A DNA stretch of 63,010 nucleotides, counting the filler, from Folioceros fuciformis (Eukaryota): assembly GCA_049999805.1 (NCBI GenBank). It is 39 parts of 39 records of this genome, joined end to end, with 100 filler letters (N's around TTAATTAATTAA, not from the genome) between each part and the next. Parts side by side here need not be neighbours in the genome. Positions count along the whole stretch, not along the records: positions 24,061 to 25,389 come from JBNGIO010002471.1; positions 25,490 to 26,796 come from JBNGIO010002472.1; positions 26,897 to 27,981 come from JBNGIO010002473.1; positions 28,082 to 29,151 come from JBNGIO010002474.1; positions 29,252 to 30,898 come from JBNGIO010002475.1; positions 30,999 to 32,070 come from JBNGIO010002476.1; positions 32,171 to 33,512 come from JBNGIO010002477.1; positions 33,613 to 34,983 come from JBNGIO010002478.1; 31 more parts are not named here. The stretch is one strand, 5' to 3'. Numbering within the stretch: position 1 is the first letter of the stretch; the number at the start of each line of letters is the position of its first letter. Below, piece after piece: positions 23,961 to 35,680 of the stretch. The notes under the pieces were generated by a model. It was not told the DNA's origin. It made no database searches and saw only the letters and a list, made by a program, of their open reading frames with translations. A program made the translations under genes and the position numbers.

Positions 23961-25489
23961 NNNNNNNNNNNNNNNNNNNNNNNNNNNNNNNNNNNNNNNN
24001 NNNNTTAATTAATTAANNNNNNNNNNNNNNNNNNNNNNNNNNNNNNNNNNNNNNNNNNNNCCCCGATCCCGATCCCCAGTCCGCACTCCGTAAATCCGCA
24101 GTCTGCTGTCCGCAGTCCACAGTCCGCAGTTGGCAGTCCGCACGTTGGTGCTGTGTAAGGCGATGGCGCCAAAGCCAAGCACCCGTGCCCCGCTCCCCGG
24201 AGTCGTATCCGGAAAGGTATGCACAGTATGTACGCAACGTGGGGCCCGGGCCCGCGCCCTGTACAGTGTACAAGTGTACACACAGGCATACTGTACACAT
24301 GTATTTATGCACACTGCAGTATAGTACAGTAGTCCACACCACGCGTACGCACCATGCACAATACATATGTACATACATCTGTATGTACGACAATGTCGCT
24401 CTCCTTCCTTCCTTCCTTCCTTCCTTCCTTCCTGCCTTCCTTACCGCCAGGCAATGGAGCCCTGGAGTGAGTGGAGCCTGCAGGATTTGTGTGAATTATG
24501 TGGCCTCCAGCTCCGGCGCCAGCTCGGGCCGGGGCTGGGGTTCGGGCTGGGCCTGCGGCTCGGCCGATGCTTGCGGACGTTACGCAAAGACACCTTGTGC
24601 GAGAGAGAGTGTGCGCGGGAAATACCCACATACGGGGAATAATAATGCGGTAGGTGACGACGACGACGAGCTGGTACAAGCGGGCCGTAGGCGAAGGCGT
24701 AGCCGTTGTTGGGGCCCGTTGCAACGGCAGAGGGCAGAGGGCAGAGGGACTACCCCCCCCACCGTTGCCCGTTCCGTCCGGCTGTCCTTGCCGCTTCCGC
24801 TGCGGAAGTGGCTGCTGCTGCTGCTGCTGCCGCGACACACTCTCCATGCTAGTGACGGTGCGGTGGCAGTGCTGTCGTTTGACTTTGATGTCGGGGAGGG
24901 ACAGACGGAGATGGTGGAGATGGAGATGGAGATGGCGAAGAATGGGAGGGGGAGTTGGAGGCGTGGCTAACGTGGGAGGCGACAATTTGGTATAGGGGGG
25001 CTACTGGCGCCAAATGGCGCGTCCCTCCTGTCCCGATTACCAATGCCAAGCCGGATTTAGATGCGGTGCGGGGTGCGGTGCAGTGCTAAACATGGATTTG
25101 CGACGCGGCAGCAAGGCAAAGGCAGGATAAAGGCTCCTGGGCCCTGGCTTGCCTGCCTGCCTCGAGATATTTTGTTGCTCCTGCCGGCGGCATCGGCTTC
25201 GGCTTCGGCATTGGCATTGCCCTCCTGCTTCCGCCGCGATTCCGCCAACGGGACGGGTTGGCAAAACCCGGCGCGACGCTGCCCCGAGTCCATCTCGCAC
25301 ACCTGGGCCGCTAAACTTGCACACCACTGCGACTGGTGTGATGCACAAATATCTAGACTTACGTACGCTACGACACGAGGTGGCCCCCANNNNNNNNNNN
25401 NNNNNNNNNNNNNNNNNNNNNNNNNNNNNNNNNTTAATTAATTAANNNNNNNNNNNNNNNNNNNNNNNNNNNNNNNNNNNNNNNNNNNN

Positions 25490-26054
25490 CAATAAGGCCC
25501 AACAATAAATTCCCGAAAAGCTCCGGATAACCGCCGGCTGCAGCGAAGCTCATGTCCTCCCCTTTGACATATCCGTCGATGCCAAGCGCCAGCACCGATT
25601 GCCAGTTGTGGGCATCGGGGTCACGCAATTCGATCACGTCCTGAGACAACGCCCAGCCAGCATTGACTACGCGGGCAAATTCCGCGCCGTCGCGACTGGC
25701 GAGCAAATGCCTGGCTGTCCTGGACCATAACGGGATTTCTTCGATCACGTATTCAGCCTCGAACGAAGAAGAGATGATCGTCCCAACGAGGAAAGCGAAC
25801 GCCAGTACGACCTCATGATCGAGCGGCAAAGCGACGTGTGGAGGATAGCGAAATTCGCGCCCGATATGGATGCAGGCCTTAGCGACAATCTCGTTTGTCG
25901 CTCGAATGCAGCAGTCGAGAAGCGGCAGCGGGGCCGTCCTTCGACGGAATAGCGCCAACACCCTGGCACGGAATGACGTGGATGTGCCCGGCGCGGAACC
26001 GCTGAAACGCCTCAGCATCGCGTCCCGGAAAGGATCGTCGCTCATCTGCTGCAT
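25490..26054 (-). CDS. Hypothetical protein, bacterial-like, 3' truncated
   Basis: Intron-free open frame MQQMSDDPFRDAML... in a GC-rich, CpG-rich contig. Start codon uncertain (26054 or 26045). Confidence 0.5.
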
Positions 26055-26366
26055 TCGGCAATCATGCGGAAGGTCGACAGACGAAGATGACGTTCGTGCG
26101 CATCTGCCGCGAATACCTGTTGCGGAAAGCGATATCGAAGAGCCCGATGCACGAACAGGGTCGCCGACCGCCGGAAACACCAGACTTCCGATTTTCGCCC
26201 TGCCGGACGGTTCGCCGCTCGCCGAAAGATCGGACACCCCGATCATTGGCTGCATCCCATGCAGCCAGACACAACCCCAATCCCGGTCGTGACACCTCAG
26301 TCATTTCAGCATTGGCGACAGGATCTATGCCCGTCTGCTGGATACAGACGGGCATGAAGTCCCTCA

Positions 26367-26796
26367 TCACATACCCGCCGGCCGTGCGAACGACCAGTGC
26401 AGACGATCGCGCTCGATGCCGTTCTGATTGGCGGCCTCGAGATCGGAGCCGAGTTTGCCGATGAACGATGCGTGAGCCTCGATGAAGCGTTGCGCATCGA
26501 TCATGGCGTGCGACTGGTCGGATACCGCCGCTGGCTGGGTTTCGTCATCCGGCAGACGGACATTCAGCGGCTCTCCGCTGATGATAGACTCGACCGGGAG
26601 GACTTGATTCCGATCATCACCATCCGCTTCGCCCGTTGTGGTGGGAGCACCGGAACCCGGATCGATCTGCACCCTGGCCGGGCCGCCCGTGAGCACCGCC
26701 TTGATCGGAAGCGGAGCTACTCCATAGCTGAACGCGACATCATCGAAGCCACCGGTCGTACCGTCAGCGCGGGTGAACGATCCGGTGTTGACGACC
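26367..26796 (-). CDS. C-terminus of an RTX/type I-secreted calcium-binding protein (alphaproteobacterial-like)
   Basis: Frame open from the contig edge: VVNTGSFTRADGTTGGFDDVAFSY...IDAQRFIEAHASF...AGM*. GSFTRADG..G..DV.F and a terminal 'LIEAMASF'-like helix are typical of such proteins. Confidence 0.6.
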
Positions 26797-28328
26797 NNNN
26801 NNNNNNNNNNNNNNNNNNNNNNNNNNNNNNNNNNNNNNNNTTAATTAATTAANNNNNNNNNNNNNNNNNNNNNNNNNNNNNNNNNNNNNNNNNNNNGTCC
26901 GGTTGCTTGCCGGTTGCCCATGCTACTGGGGCGCCTGCCAGCCCCAACCTCCTAACTAGCCGCTGCAGGCCATCCTACCGACGCTTGATCCGGCCTCCTG
27001 GGCCTGCCAGCCAGGCGCCTTTCAGCCCCGATCTCGCCAGCCCGCCGGCACCTTGGAGCTAGTCCACACCACCTTCTGCCTCTAGTTGCGACCAGCCAGC
27101 TAGTGCCTTGATCCCGCCAGCGTGGTCTCCACCGCAGGCTGTGCTAGCTACTCGCCTGCATCCCCCTGGCGAGGTCAATCTATCCTAATCTGGCCAGGCC
27201 CCCTAGTGATTGCCAGCCAGGCACCCTCCAGCCCTGACTAGCGACTGCCAGGAGCCTACCACCGACCTGCCTGGCTGCTAACTCGGCCACCTGTGCTCTC
27301 GTGAGCCTTGTCTAGCCGGTAAACCAGGAGCAAGGGCGCGTCATCCCCATCCTTACCCCGAGAGCCCCGACTCGCCCTTCGCACGCACAGTCCTAGGATC
27401 CTACACTCATCTAGACACCCTAGCCAAGGGGGCCCAGACCCGTGACCTACCTGCCACACTTCCCTCTTAGACCCTATCGACTTACCGTTAATCTACCTTT
27501 AATCTAACCTAATCTCCTAACCACTCCTCTACGAAATTCAATCAGAAACCCAAAAAAAAACAAACTCTGCTATTTTCTAGGGGGTTTGTTCACCATGTGG
27601 ACTCCATAGTAGCCAGCCAGCGAAGATGCGCCGCCGAGGGAGAGTTCTTCTGTGGCACCGACAGCAGGAGAGGGAGACGCCCTGCTAGTGAAAGGATCAT
27701 TAGAGGAGCATGGTGAAGGAGAGGAGAGAAGAAGGGAGGAGGAGAGGAGAGGAGAAAGAGAGGTCTCACAGTGTCTCTCACAGCTCAATTGCAAAGGGAG
27801 CTCAAGAGGGTATTTATACCCTCTAGAAAAGCTCCCAAGGAAGCTTCATAAGAAGCTCACAAGAAGCTCACAGGAAGCTATGTAGGAAGCTTCCTGAAGA
27901 TTAGCTTAAGCTAATGATACTTAATTAAACACTTATCTTAGACTAATTACATTAGTCTAATTAAACTTATCACACTAGTTTNNNNNNNNNNNNNNNNNNN
28001 NNNNNNNNNNNNNNNNNNNNNNNNNTTAATTAATTAANNNNNNNNNNNNNNNNNNNNNNNNNNNNNNNNNNNNNNNNNNNNGGGTTGTCCGCGAGTTTAG
28101 GTTAATAGAGACGTCTTGGGACACTTTAGTAAATGTTACGAAAGCCAAAAGAATTGGGTTTCTAGAAAGGGATGTTGAATCAGGGTCAGTGGTTGGGTTT
28201 GGTTAGGTCAGATGGTGTGGGGTTAGGCTCACGTCTGCCCTAGAACAAAACGGGTGTCTCTAGACTGTGTCGATCCCTTTGAACACGCAGAGGAGGCCGG
28301 GAGTGGCAGCGCCGTTGCTGTAGCCACC

Positions 28329-29103
28329 ATGAGGTATGTGGGAAGTGGATTCTGTGGAGTTTGCGCGGGTCGGGGGCGCGTAGCTGTGGAGATGACTAAG
28401 ATTTGTGGTGGCATGTTGCAGTAAGTTGCAGGCCGAGGTTGTGAGGGAGACAATCTCCCAGATTCTGGCTGACGTGAAGGAAAAACCGAAGAAGTTTTCT
28501 CAGACTGTGGAGCTGCAGATAGGGCTGAAGAACTATGATCCGCAGAAGGATAAACGTTTCAGCGGCTCTGTCCGGCTGCCGCATGAACCGCGCCCGAAGA
28601 TGAAGGTTTGCATGCTCGGAGACGCGCAGCATATTGAGGAGGTAGGTTATGTTTCGGCGGCCTCTCGTCAGCCGGTTCGGAGTGATGGTATGGTTCGTCA
28701 GTTGTTTATTTGTTCGCCTCGGTGGACGCAGGCGGAGAAGATCGGATTGGACAACATGGATGTGGAGAGCTTGAAGAAGCTCAACAAGAACAAAAAGCTG
28801 GTGAAGAAGCTGGCCAAGAAGTATCACGCGTTTCTGGCTTCCGAGGCTGTGATCAAGCAAATTCCTAGGCTTCTCGGCCCTGGTTTGAACAAAGCCGGCA
28901 AGTTTCCGGCTCTCGTGTCGCACCAGGAATCGCTCGAGTCCAAGGTTGCTGAGACCAAGTCCATGGTGAAGTTTCAGTTGAAGAAGGTGCTGTGCATGGG
29001 GGTGGCCGTCGGAAACTGTGATATGGAGGAGAAGCAGATCTTTCAAAACGTGCAGCTTAGTGTCAACTTCCTCGTCTCCTTATTGAAGAAGAATTGGCAA
29101 AAC
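28329..29103 (+). CDS. RPL10A: 60S ribosomal protein L10a (uL1), last exon missing
   Basis: Exons 28329-28333, 28422-28641 and 28732-29103. Motifs: [48 protein letters not shown]. Confidence 0.97.
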
Positions 29104-29251
29104 GTGAGTTTTGGATTCTCCCGTCCTTACCTCTTCTCTCTATTGCGTTGCNNNNNNNNNNNNNNNNNNNNNNNNNNNNNNNNNNNNNNNNNNNNTTAAT
29201 TAATTAANNNNNNNNNNNNNNNNNNNNNNNNNNNNNNNNNNNNNNNNNNNN

Positions 29252-29492
29252 TCCAGGAAAGAAACATGGATGATTCATACAAATTACTCAGAGGGAAATG
29301 TTTTGGGAGTATCCGACGAGTTGATGGAAATCCCGTCATGCATGAATAAGCAGGTATCATACTCATTTTTCCAAAAATATTCAGTGTTTGATTATTCGTA
29401 TATACGGATTTACCCCAGTAAATAAGAGTAGCGGGGAGGAGAAGGAGAAAAGATGCACGAGCCAAAATCTGTTCCGAAATTGTGAATATCGT
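29252..29492 (-). CDS. ccsA: Plastid cytochrome c biogenesis protein CcsA, 5' part, ACG start
   Basis: ACG-ATA-TTC-ACA...IYWGK...HFPLSNLYESSMFLSW, located downstream of trnL-UAG as in land-plant plastomes. Confidence 0.93.
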
Positions 29493-29619
29493 AATTAAAG
29501 ATTCGAAAGTTTCTTTTTGAAAATTGTGAGACGAAGTTGATCGACCGGGAAGGGATACCTCTCCCATTATAAATCGGATAAGAGTCGGAAGATACTAGAA
29601 ATTCGGAGAGTGGAGATGA

Positions 29620-29699
29620 TGCCGCTACTCGGATTCGAACCGAGATGCGTTAGCACTGCTTCCTAAGAGCAACGTGTCTACCAATTTCACCATAGCGGC
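29620..29699 (-). tRNA. trnL-UAG: tRNA-Leu(UAG), plastid
   Basis: GCCGCTATGGTGAAATTGGTAGACACGTTGCTCTTAGGAAGCAGTGCTAACGCATCTCGGTTCGAATCCGAGTAGCGGCA folds as a cloverleaf with anticodon TAG. Confidence 0.96.
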
Positions 29700-29776
29700 T
29701 TGCTTGACTAAATAATACCAAAAAGGAGAAGAAAAAACTCTTTATTTCTGGGGAAAGTCATGGGAAATATTAGTGA

Positions 29777-29850
29777 CGGGGTATAGCACAGTTTGGTAGT
29801 GTACCATCTTGGGGTGATGGAAGTCGTGGGTTCGATTCCCGCTACCCCGA
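29777..29850 (+). tRNA. trnP-GGG: tRNA-Pro(GGG), plastid
   Basis: Acceptor stem CGGGGTA/TACCCCG, anticodon arm CCATC-TTGGGGT-GATGG, T-loop GGTTCGATTCC. 74 nt. Confidence 0.94.
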
Positions 29851-29880
29851 GAGCTAATGGATAATTGTTTCATTCTCCCC

Positions 29881-29919
29881 CTCTCCCCGTTCAATTTTGA
29901 AAGAAAAAAGGGGGGAGAG
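29881..29919. terminator. Inverted repeat between convergent trnP and rpl32 (possible 3' stem-loop)
   Basis: CTCTCCCC (29881-29888) is complementary to GGGGAGAG (29912-29919). Confidence 0.35.
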
Positions 29920-29947
29920 GTAAGGAAATTACGATTTCATACTTGCA

Positions 29948-30154
29948 TTATATATCATCCCTACCCACCGATATAGATTCGGATGAATTAGATAATTCAT
30001 CATTTACTGAATAATAAAAACTTTTGGAACGATTTGTTAAGATGGATTTGGCCAGGGAAAAAGCCCTAATTGCTGTTTCCTTAGCCTTATCCCTCCATAT
30101 ACTTTTACGGATTCGTGTTTTAGCTTTGGAAGTACGTTTCTTCGGGACCGCCAT
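29948..30154 (-). CDS. rpl32: Plastid ribosomal protein L32
   Basis: [20 protein letters not shown]...[16 protein letters not shown]. Confidence 0.97.
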   Translation of the reverse strand: MAVPKKRTSKAKTRIRKSIWRDKAKETAIRAFSLAKSILTNRSKSFYYSVNDELSNSSESISVGRDDI

Positions 30155-30305
30155 GATGGGGAATACCTCACCTTATTATTGCTATTATTATCGATACCAT
30201 CACCAAGAATTCACGGAGCTTTTTTCTTTCTCTCCGTTTCGTGTTCTATCTCCCGATCGTGAATTTGATTATTTGATCATATATCTTTACTATTTATTCA
30301 TACCA

Positions 30306-30662
30306 CTAGCCGTATATTTCTTTCCCATCCAAAAAAATAGAATCGACTAGAAATCGGGTAGATTTTTGTCGATGGCCCGATTTCCTTCGCGTTTTCTTCT
30401 TGGAGATCATTTTATAAATCAAGATTTTCTTTCCCAGGCAGGGGTGTAGAATCCTACCCTTGACCACTGCACCCTCCAACCAGGGGTTCCCAATACTTAT
30501 ATCGGATTCTTGACGAATCATTAATACACGATGAATCAGTATCTTCGTGTTTTGTTCCAATCGATTCGGTGTCAGTGAAGCGAAGTGGCAAATATTATAG
30601 AATCTTCCAGGCTCTACTCGGAGTTGCTGACCCCCGGTTTCTATTATTGCATATGTACCCAT
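30306..30662 (-). CDS. rpl21: Plastid ribosomal protein L21
   Basis: [19 protein letters not shown]...[17 protein letters not shown]. Confidence 0.97.
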   Translation of the reverse strand: MGTYAIIETGGQQLRVEPGRFYNICHFASLTPNRLEQNTKILIHRVLMIRQESDISIGNPWLEGAVVKGRILHPCLGKKILIYKMISKKKTRRKSGHRQKSTRFLVDSIFLDGKEIYG

Positions 30663-30835
30663 TATTTTATAAATTCCCGGTAGGTCTATCGATTAATCAA
30701 TTGTGAATAGAAAGAAAAGGTATGAGATTTATGGACCGGAATGGAACCAGTGGAACCAATCCCGCGGATCTCTATCTGGCCCGGATCGAATGAAGTAGAA
30801 AAAAACTTCTTTGTATTCAATGAGGTATACAAACT

Positions 30836-30857
30836 ATATATATAGTTATATATATAG

Positions 30858-30893
<36 letters not shown>

Positions 30894-30898
30894 CTATA
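30836..30898. repeat. (TA)n microsatellite at contig end
   Basis: Directly visible. Confidence 0.9.
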
Positions 30899-30998
30899 NN
30901 NNNNNNNNNNNNNNNNNNNNNNNNNNNNNNNNNNNNNNNNNNTTAATTAATTAANNNNNNNNNNNNNNNNNNNNNNNNNNNNNNNNNNNNNNNNNNNN

Positions 30999-31829
30999 AC
31001 CACTCCATTTCCACCAACATTGTATACAAGAACCAAGTTAAACCACGGATTGCCATTCATCACAAAACCCAATCCTCCTTGTCTTGTACAAGAGACCCTA
31101 TTCATAAGAAAAAAAAATATTTGGATAGTCAATAAAAAATTGAATTATCAAATTAAAACACATAAAAAAACCAAAACTTATGTACACATTACGTACCTTC
31201 TATATTGGACTGGTACAATGCCAGCATGCCAATCAGCAATTTTCCGAAAAGCTGGCTGAGCCATGTCAAAATGCTGCAGAGGAGGGTTGCACCAACCACC
31301 ATTATCACTTGGTTTATCAGACGGTGGGCAAAAGTTAGTACCAGTGATAATTGTGGAAGGGTTGCCCTTGTTGCACGCATTGTCTCCCCAAAGTGTTTTG
31401 CCCCAGCAACGAATTTCGAAACAAGCGCCACATGTTGACCCATTTAAAAACAAAGCTGTACTCAAAGCAGCATTTTGTGTGCCATAAACTTTCCCATATG
31501 TATCTTGATACCCACAAGCACTCCCTGCAATATGGTAAATCATATATAACCATTAGGAATACACATACATATATATATAAGAAAAATAAATAAATAACTT
31601 GACATCATGGAATCACATAAACATAAGCGCTTATTTAAAAAAAAAAAGTGAATAGATACATACCATCCGTGCCGCTTCCATCATATTCTCCATAAAATGT
31701 TGCATGAGCCTTCTTCCAACCTTGTTCACCACTTTTTCCTTCAGCTCCTTCGTGTAGACCATGCGCATGTGCTAATGAAAGCCATGCCAAAATACAAAGA
31801 ACAAGAATGTTCATCATGAAATGACTCAT
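30999..31829 (-). CDS. EXPA: Alpha-expansin, 3' truncated
   Basis: Exons 31829-31664, 31524-31197 and 31097-30999. Motifs: signal peptide, AHATFYG, ACGY, AALSTALF, CGACFEIRC, TNFCPP, GGWCNPP..HFDM, GIVPVQYRRVSC. Confidence 0.95.
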
Positions 31830-34800
31830 AATCTACGAGACAAATTACAAATCATTAATTTGGATATGAAAAAGAAAAAATCATAAGCCTTAACAATACA
31901 ACCAATTCTAAGAAATTCTAAATGCTATAATTATAACAGAGAAACTATAAAAAGCTGAACAAAACAAGCTACTGTCACATAAAGTAGCTTTCTAACAACT
32001 CTAGCATATATGCACCTGCACAAAGTTGGAGGATACAAACTAGTGCATCTGCATCTACATATATAGGACTNNNNNNNNNNNNNNNNNNNNNNNNNNNNNN
32101 NNNNNNNNNNNNNNTTAATTAATTAANNNNNNNNNNNNNNNNNNNNNNNNNNNNNNNNNNNNNNNNNNNNCTAACAACTTAGGCACGTTGGTAACCATAT
32201 TGGTTACATGGCGTTTCTTGGCATACGGCCAAACGCACCTGCTTGTACTGAGAATTATGAGAAATTAGAAAGCCAATTTTCCTGAGCTCAACTCTACACA
32301 GCCAACAACAAATCCGAACCCACGAGGTGTGGCAGCTCATGAGCTATCGAAGCGTCTAAAAAAAGAAACAAGTGATTAACTACATTGACCATAACTTTGT
32401 ACAACCCATTTAGCAAGTTGGTGGGGCCTCTATTTATTTGTTGATAGAGAGATCATTCTCTTATTTAGGCATCAAAGTGATCGATTTTTATTTAAGCTGG
32501 GGCCTATACTTCCTCTCCTAGATATCCTACGATGCGAGCAAGAGTAAGTTCTTTATGGAATCCCAACCCCATTTACAAATTTGAGTTTGGGGTTACTAAG
32601 TTCGTAATCACCTCATTTGATCGCTCACACACATATTTAAATGAACAAGTATCAATTTATTTTCATCTGTGGAATTAGATTTATTAAATATGAGAAGGGT
32701 TTTTATCAGATGGTTCATTTTTTATGTGTAAAGTATGTTCCCTCTTTCGTCAATGACTCCTCCATCACTTTATTCTATAAGAATATCCATTTCATTGAAG
32801 ATACTGGAAATAAAATTATAACCAAATGTGTATTGGTGAAATTATCTTCATAAGTTCCTCTTTTTGGAAAGAGAAGATTTTATAATACCATCTTTAACAG
32901 ATTAAAAAAAAAAGAATGTAATATTCTGTTTGTCATTATCATTGCACATTTATACTTGAAATCTTGAGAAGAAATCTTAGTTTAAGAAACTATAAAGATC
33001 TTCTCATTGTAATCTTTAGTTTAGAAATTCTTAGTTGTGATCATATCCACTCTCATATTTAGTTGAATAGTGTAGAACTTTCTTATTGTTCAAACTTGCA
33101 TGTTAATTAATTGTTGTTGAAATGAAAAACCCTTGTGTCTTCATGTCTTCCAAAGCTACTTTATAGCATAGTTCCGATTCCAACATAGTATTCACAAAGT
33201 CTTAAGCCTAGTAAAATCATTTGTAAAGCTAAGAAAGAATACTTGTAATTTCATTTTTCATAACAAATCTGTTACTTGCTCAAAGTAAGAGTAGACAATA
33301 GGATTCTATTACATGACCTTGAAAGATATGAGTACTTCAATTGGGATTACTTAATATTATATTGTTAGTTTTTAATGGAATTACTTTATCGTATCATGAA
33401 GGTAAATTGTAATAGCAATTATAATCTCTTGTTGATCATTAGCCTTAAAGTGAAGTTATAGTTCTTATAAAAGTTGTTAAACTTTGTTTTGCCCCACCCT
33501 AAACCCTAAACCNNNNNNNNNNNNNNNNNNNNNNNNNNNNNNNNNNNNNNNNNNNNTTAATTAATTAANNNNNNNNNNNNNNNNNNNNNNNNNNNNNNNN
33601 NNNNNNNNNNNNCTTTGAAGCAGGGCAAGGGCAGGCAGAGCAGGCTTTGAGAGATGAGATGCTCCTCCAGAGGGACCGTCCCAATCATGCTCATGCCATG
33701 CGCGCCGCGCCCTTCGTTTATTCTACGCCTTTATCAGATATTCCTCACCGCCCCCTCCACTTGTCTTATCGAATTTATAAGGCGTCCGTTACGTGGAAGC
33801 CACCCACGTGGAGGCCCCCGTCTCCCGCCTGCAGCAAGGCACAGCACCAGCTGCTGCTGCTGGCTCTCCTCCTCCTCCTCCTGCTGTGCCAAATTTTTAC
33901 ACTCTCTTTCTGTATCTCTTCTCTCTTCTTCTTCCCCACCCGTGCCCGAGCGAGCCCGACACCTGCACACACCTGCTGCTGCTGCACAGACTATATATTC
34001 CCTCTTCTGCGCGCTTCCGCACCGACACCAGATTTCGAACCCGCGATCGGCTCCGTGAAAGACGACTCGCCCGACCACCTCGCCTTCTCCACCAGCTATT
34101 TTCCACTATCTCTGCACTGTTATCGCCACGTCCCAACGGCACCACGTTGCGCCTCAAGTTTTTTTTCACTCGGTCACACCAGCAGCAGCAGCAGGAGAGG
34201 GGAAGAGGCGGGAGGAGCATGATCTGCATGGAAGGCCCCCAGGCTGAAGAGCCTGCAATGCAATGCAATGCAATGTAATAAGATGCACTGGCACCAACAG
34301 CTACTTGAGATTGAGCGCGCGCTAAAATTGCAGTAGCCGAGGAGGAGGACATGGGAGGGAGGGAGTAATGTCCGAAACGGGGCTCGACTCCCTTGTCTGT
34401 GCACTGCACCTGCGCCTGCCACAGCGCCTGGGCCTGGGCCTGGGCCGGGGCCGGGGCCGGGGCCTTGGAAAGGGCGACAACGTGAGCTCCATGGCGTTCC
34501 AGTGGCTGCCATTGGCGGGCTGGAAAGGAGGTGGACATTGAAGCGGGGTGGGCATTCGTTTTTTTGGGTGATGTTTACGGGGATGATAGACCCTTGTTTA
34601 TTGTAGAATAGGGGAGATGTCATAATGGGTGTGAGCCCTCGATATGCGGCTTTGCAGCAGGCCTGGTGCGAAATGTTCACCTCTTTCCGTGCGCTCTACG
34701 GTTGTCGATGACAGACACGTAGCCTAGCGGGGGAAAGAAAAAGGCTGTTGGAACCTGGGGGCGGGTGCCTCGGTCGGGACTCCGCCGCCCAGCCTCTTTA

Positions 34801-35344
34801 TTATATGGTGTCTCGCCAGAGCCTTTCCCGGCTCCCATGCTTCGTGCTCTGCTCCTGGCCCACATACGTTTCTGATCCGTACTTTATACGGTTGCGGCTG
34901 TGATGAGCTTCATGGCATATAGATTCTCTCCGTCCTGCGATGGCCGTTGCGGTTGCCTTCTGCCCAACTTGCAAGGGGCCATGNNNNNNNNNNNNNNNNN
35001 NNNNNNNNNNNNNNNNNNNNNNNNNNNTTAATTAATTAANNNNNNNNNNNNNNNNNNNNNNNNNNNNNNNNNNNNNNNNNNNNTAACCTGGAAGAAATGT
35101 ACAAGTAAAAACAAATTTGTAAGCAATTTCTACACAACAAGATTGTTACAACAACAATTGTAAGCCTTTACTCATGCTCTCCAGGAGGTTGGAATTTTTT
35201 TTCTTTTTCATTTTGTAGAAAAAATATGATTATCATAACTTATACTATCTACAAGAATATGTATGATGCAAGGCATTCATTCTCTATCTATAACTTTGGT
35301 TTCACTTAGAGCGTACTTTTTTTTTTTTTTTTTTTTTCATAGGG

Positions 35345-35680
35345 GGACAAGGTTTGTATCGCTCATGTTGTTATTATCAGTTCCAATAGGAATTCGATTT
35401 GCAAGGACATCATTATCAACCCTTGGATGGACGGCAACGGGTTGTGTGAGCGCTTAAGTCCATAAGTATTCCCCCTTGGAAGACGAGCATATTTGCATTC
35501 CCTATGCTCTTAAGACTCATGGGGCCATGAGCAAGGACTTTTCAAGGTTTATCAAGGAGTGCGCAAAGGTTTATCAGAGTCATAAAATTGGTGTTCTTCC
35601 TATTTCGTATGTGGTGGTCTTCTATCGATAATGCACATCCATTGCTTTGCAAAGACTATTGGTGAATGTGGTATTGGTGA
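35345..35680 (+). mobile_element. Decayed 3' end of a CRE-clade non-LTR retrotransposon (restriction-like endonuclease)
   Basis: IAHVVII/...GCVSA*VHKYSPLEDEHICIPYALKTHGAMSKDFSRFIKECA...FYR*CTSIALQR follows the D-V...K..KY...F.P.A.E..G...SI.LQR pattern. Stops and a frameshift present. Confidence 0.7.

Noticed and set aside
26897-27981. Possible LTR/leader of a retrotransposon (reverse TATA, GAAGCT repeats)
   Set aside because: No PBS, terminal TG/CA pair or coding domain that I could fix.
29493-29567. ATG at 29567 as the ccsA start (ORF track)
   Set aside because: The extra 25 residues have no resemblance to CcsA; homology starts at the ACG at 29492.
30585-30595. rpl21 Cys codon (YNICH versus remembered YNIRH) as a U-to-C editing site
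   Set aside because: A single site, with no in-frame stops needing repair; an ordinary substitution is more likely.
33497-33512. CCCTAAACCCTAAACC as a telomere
   Set aside because: Only about two units, too short to distinguish from an interstitial telo-box or chance.
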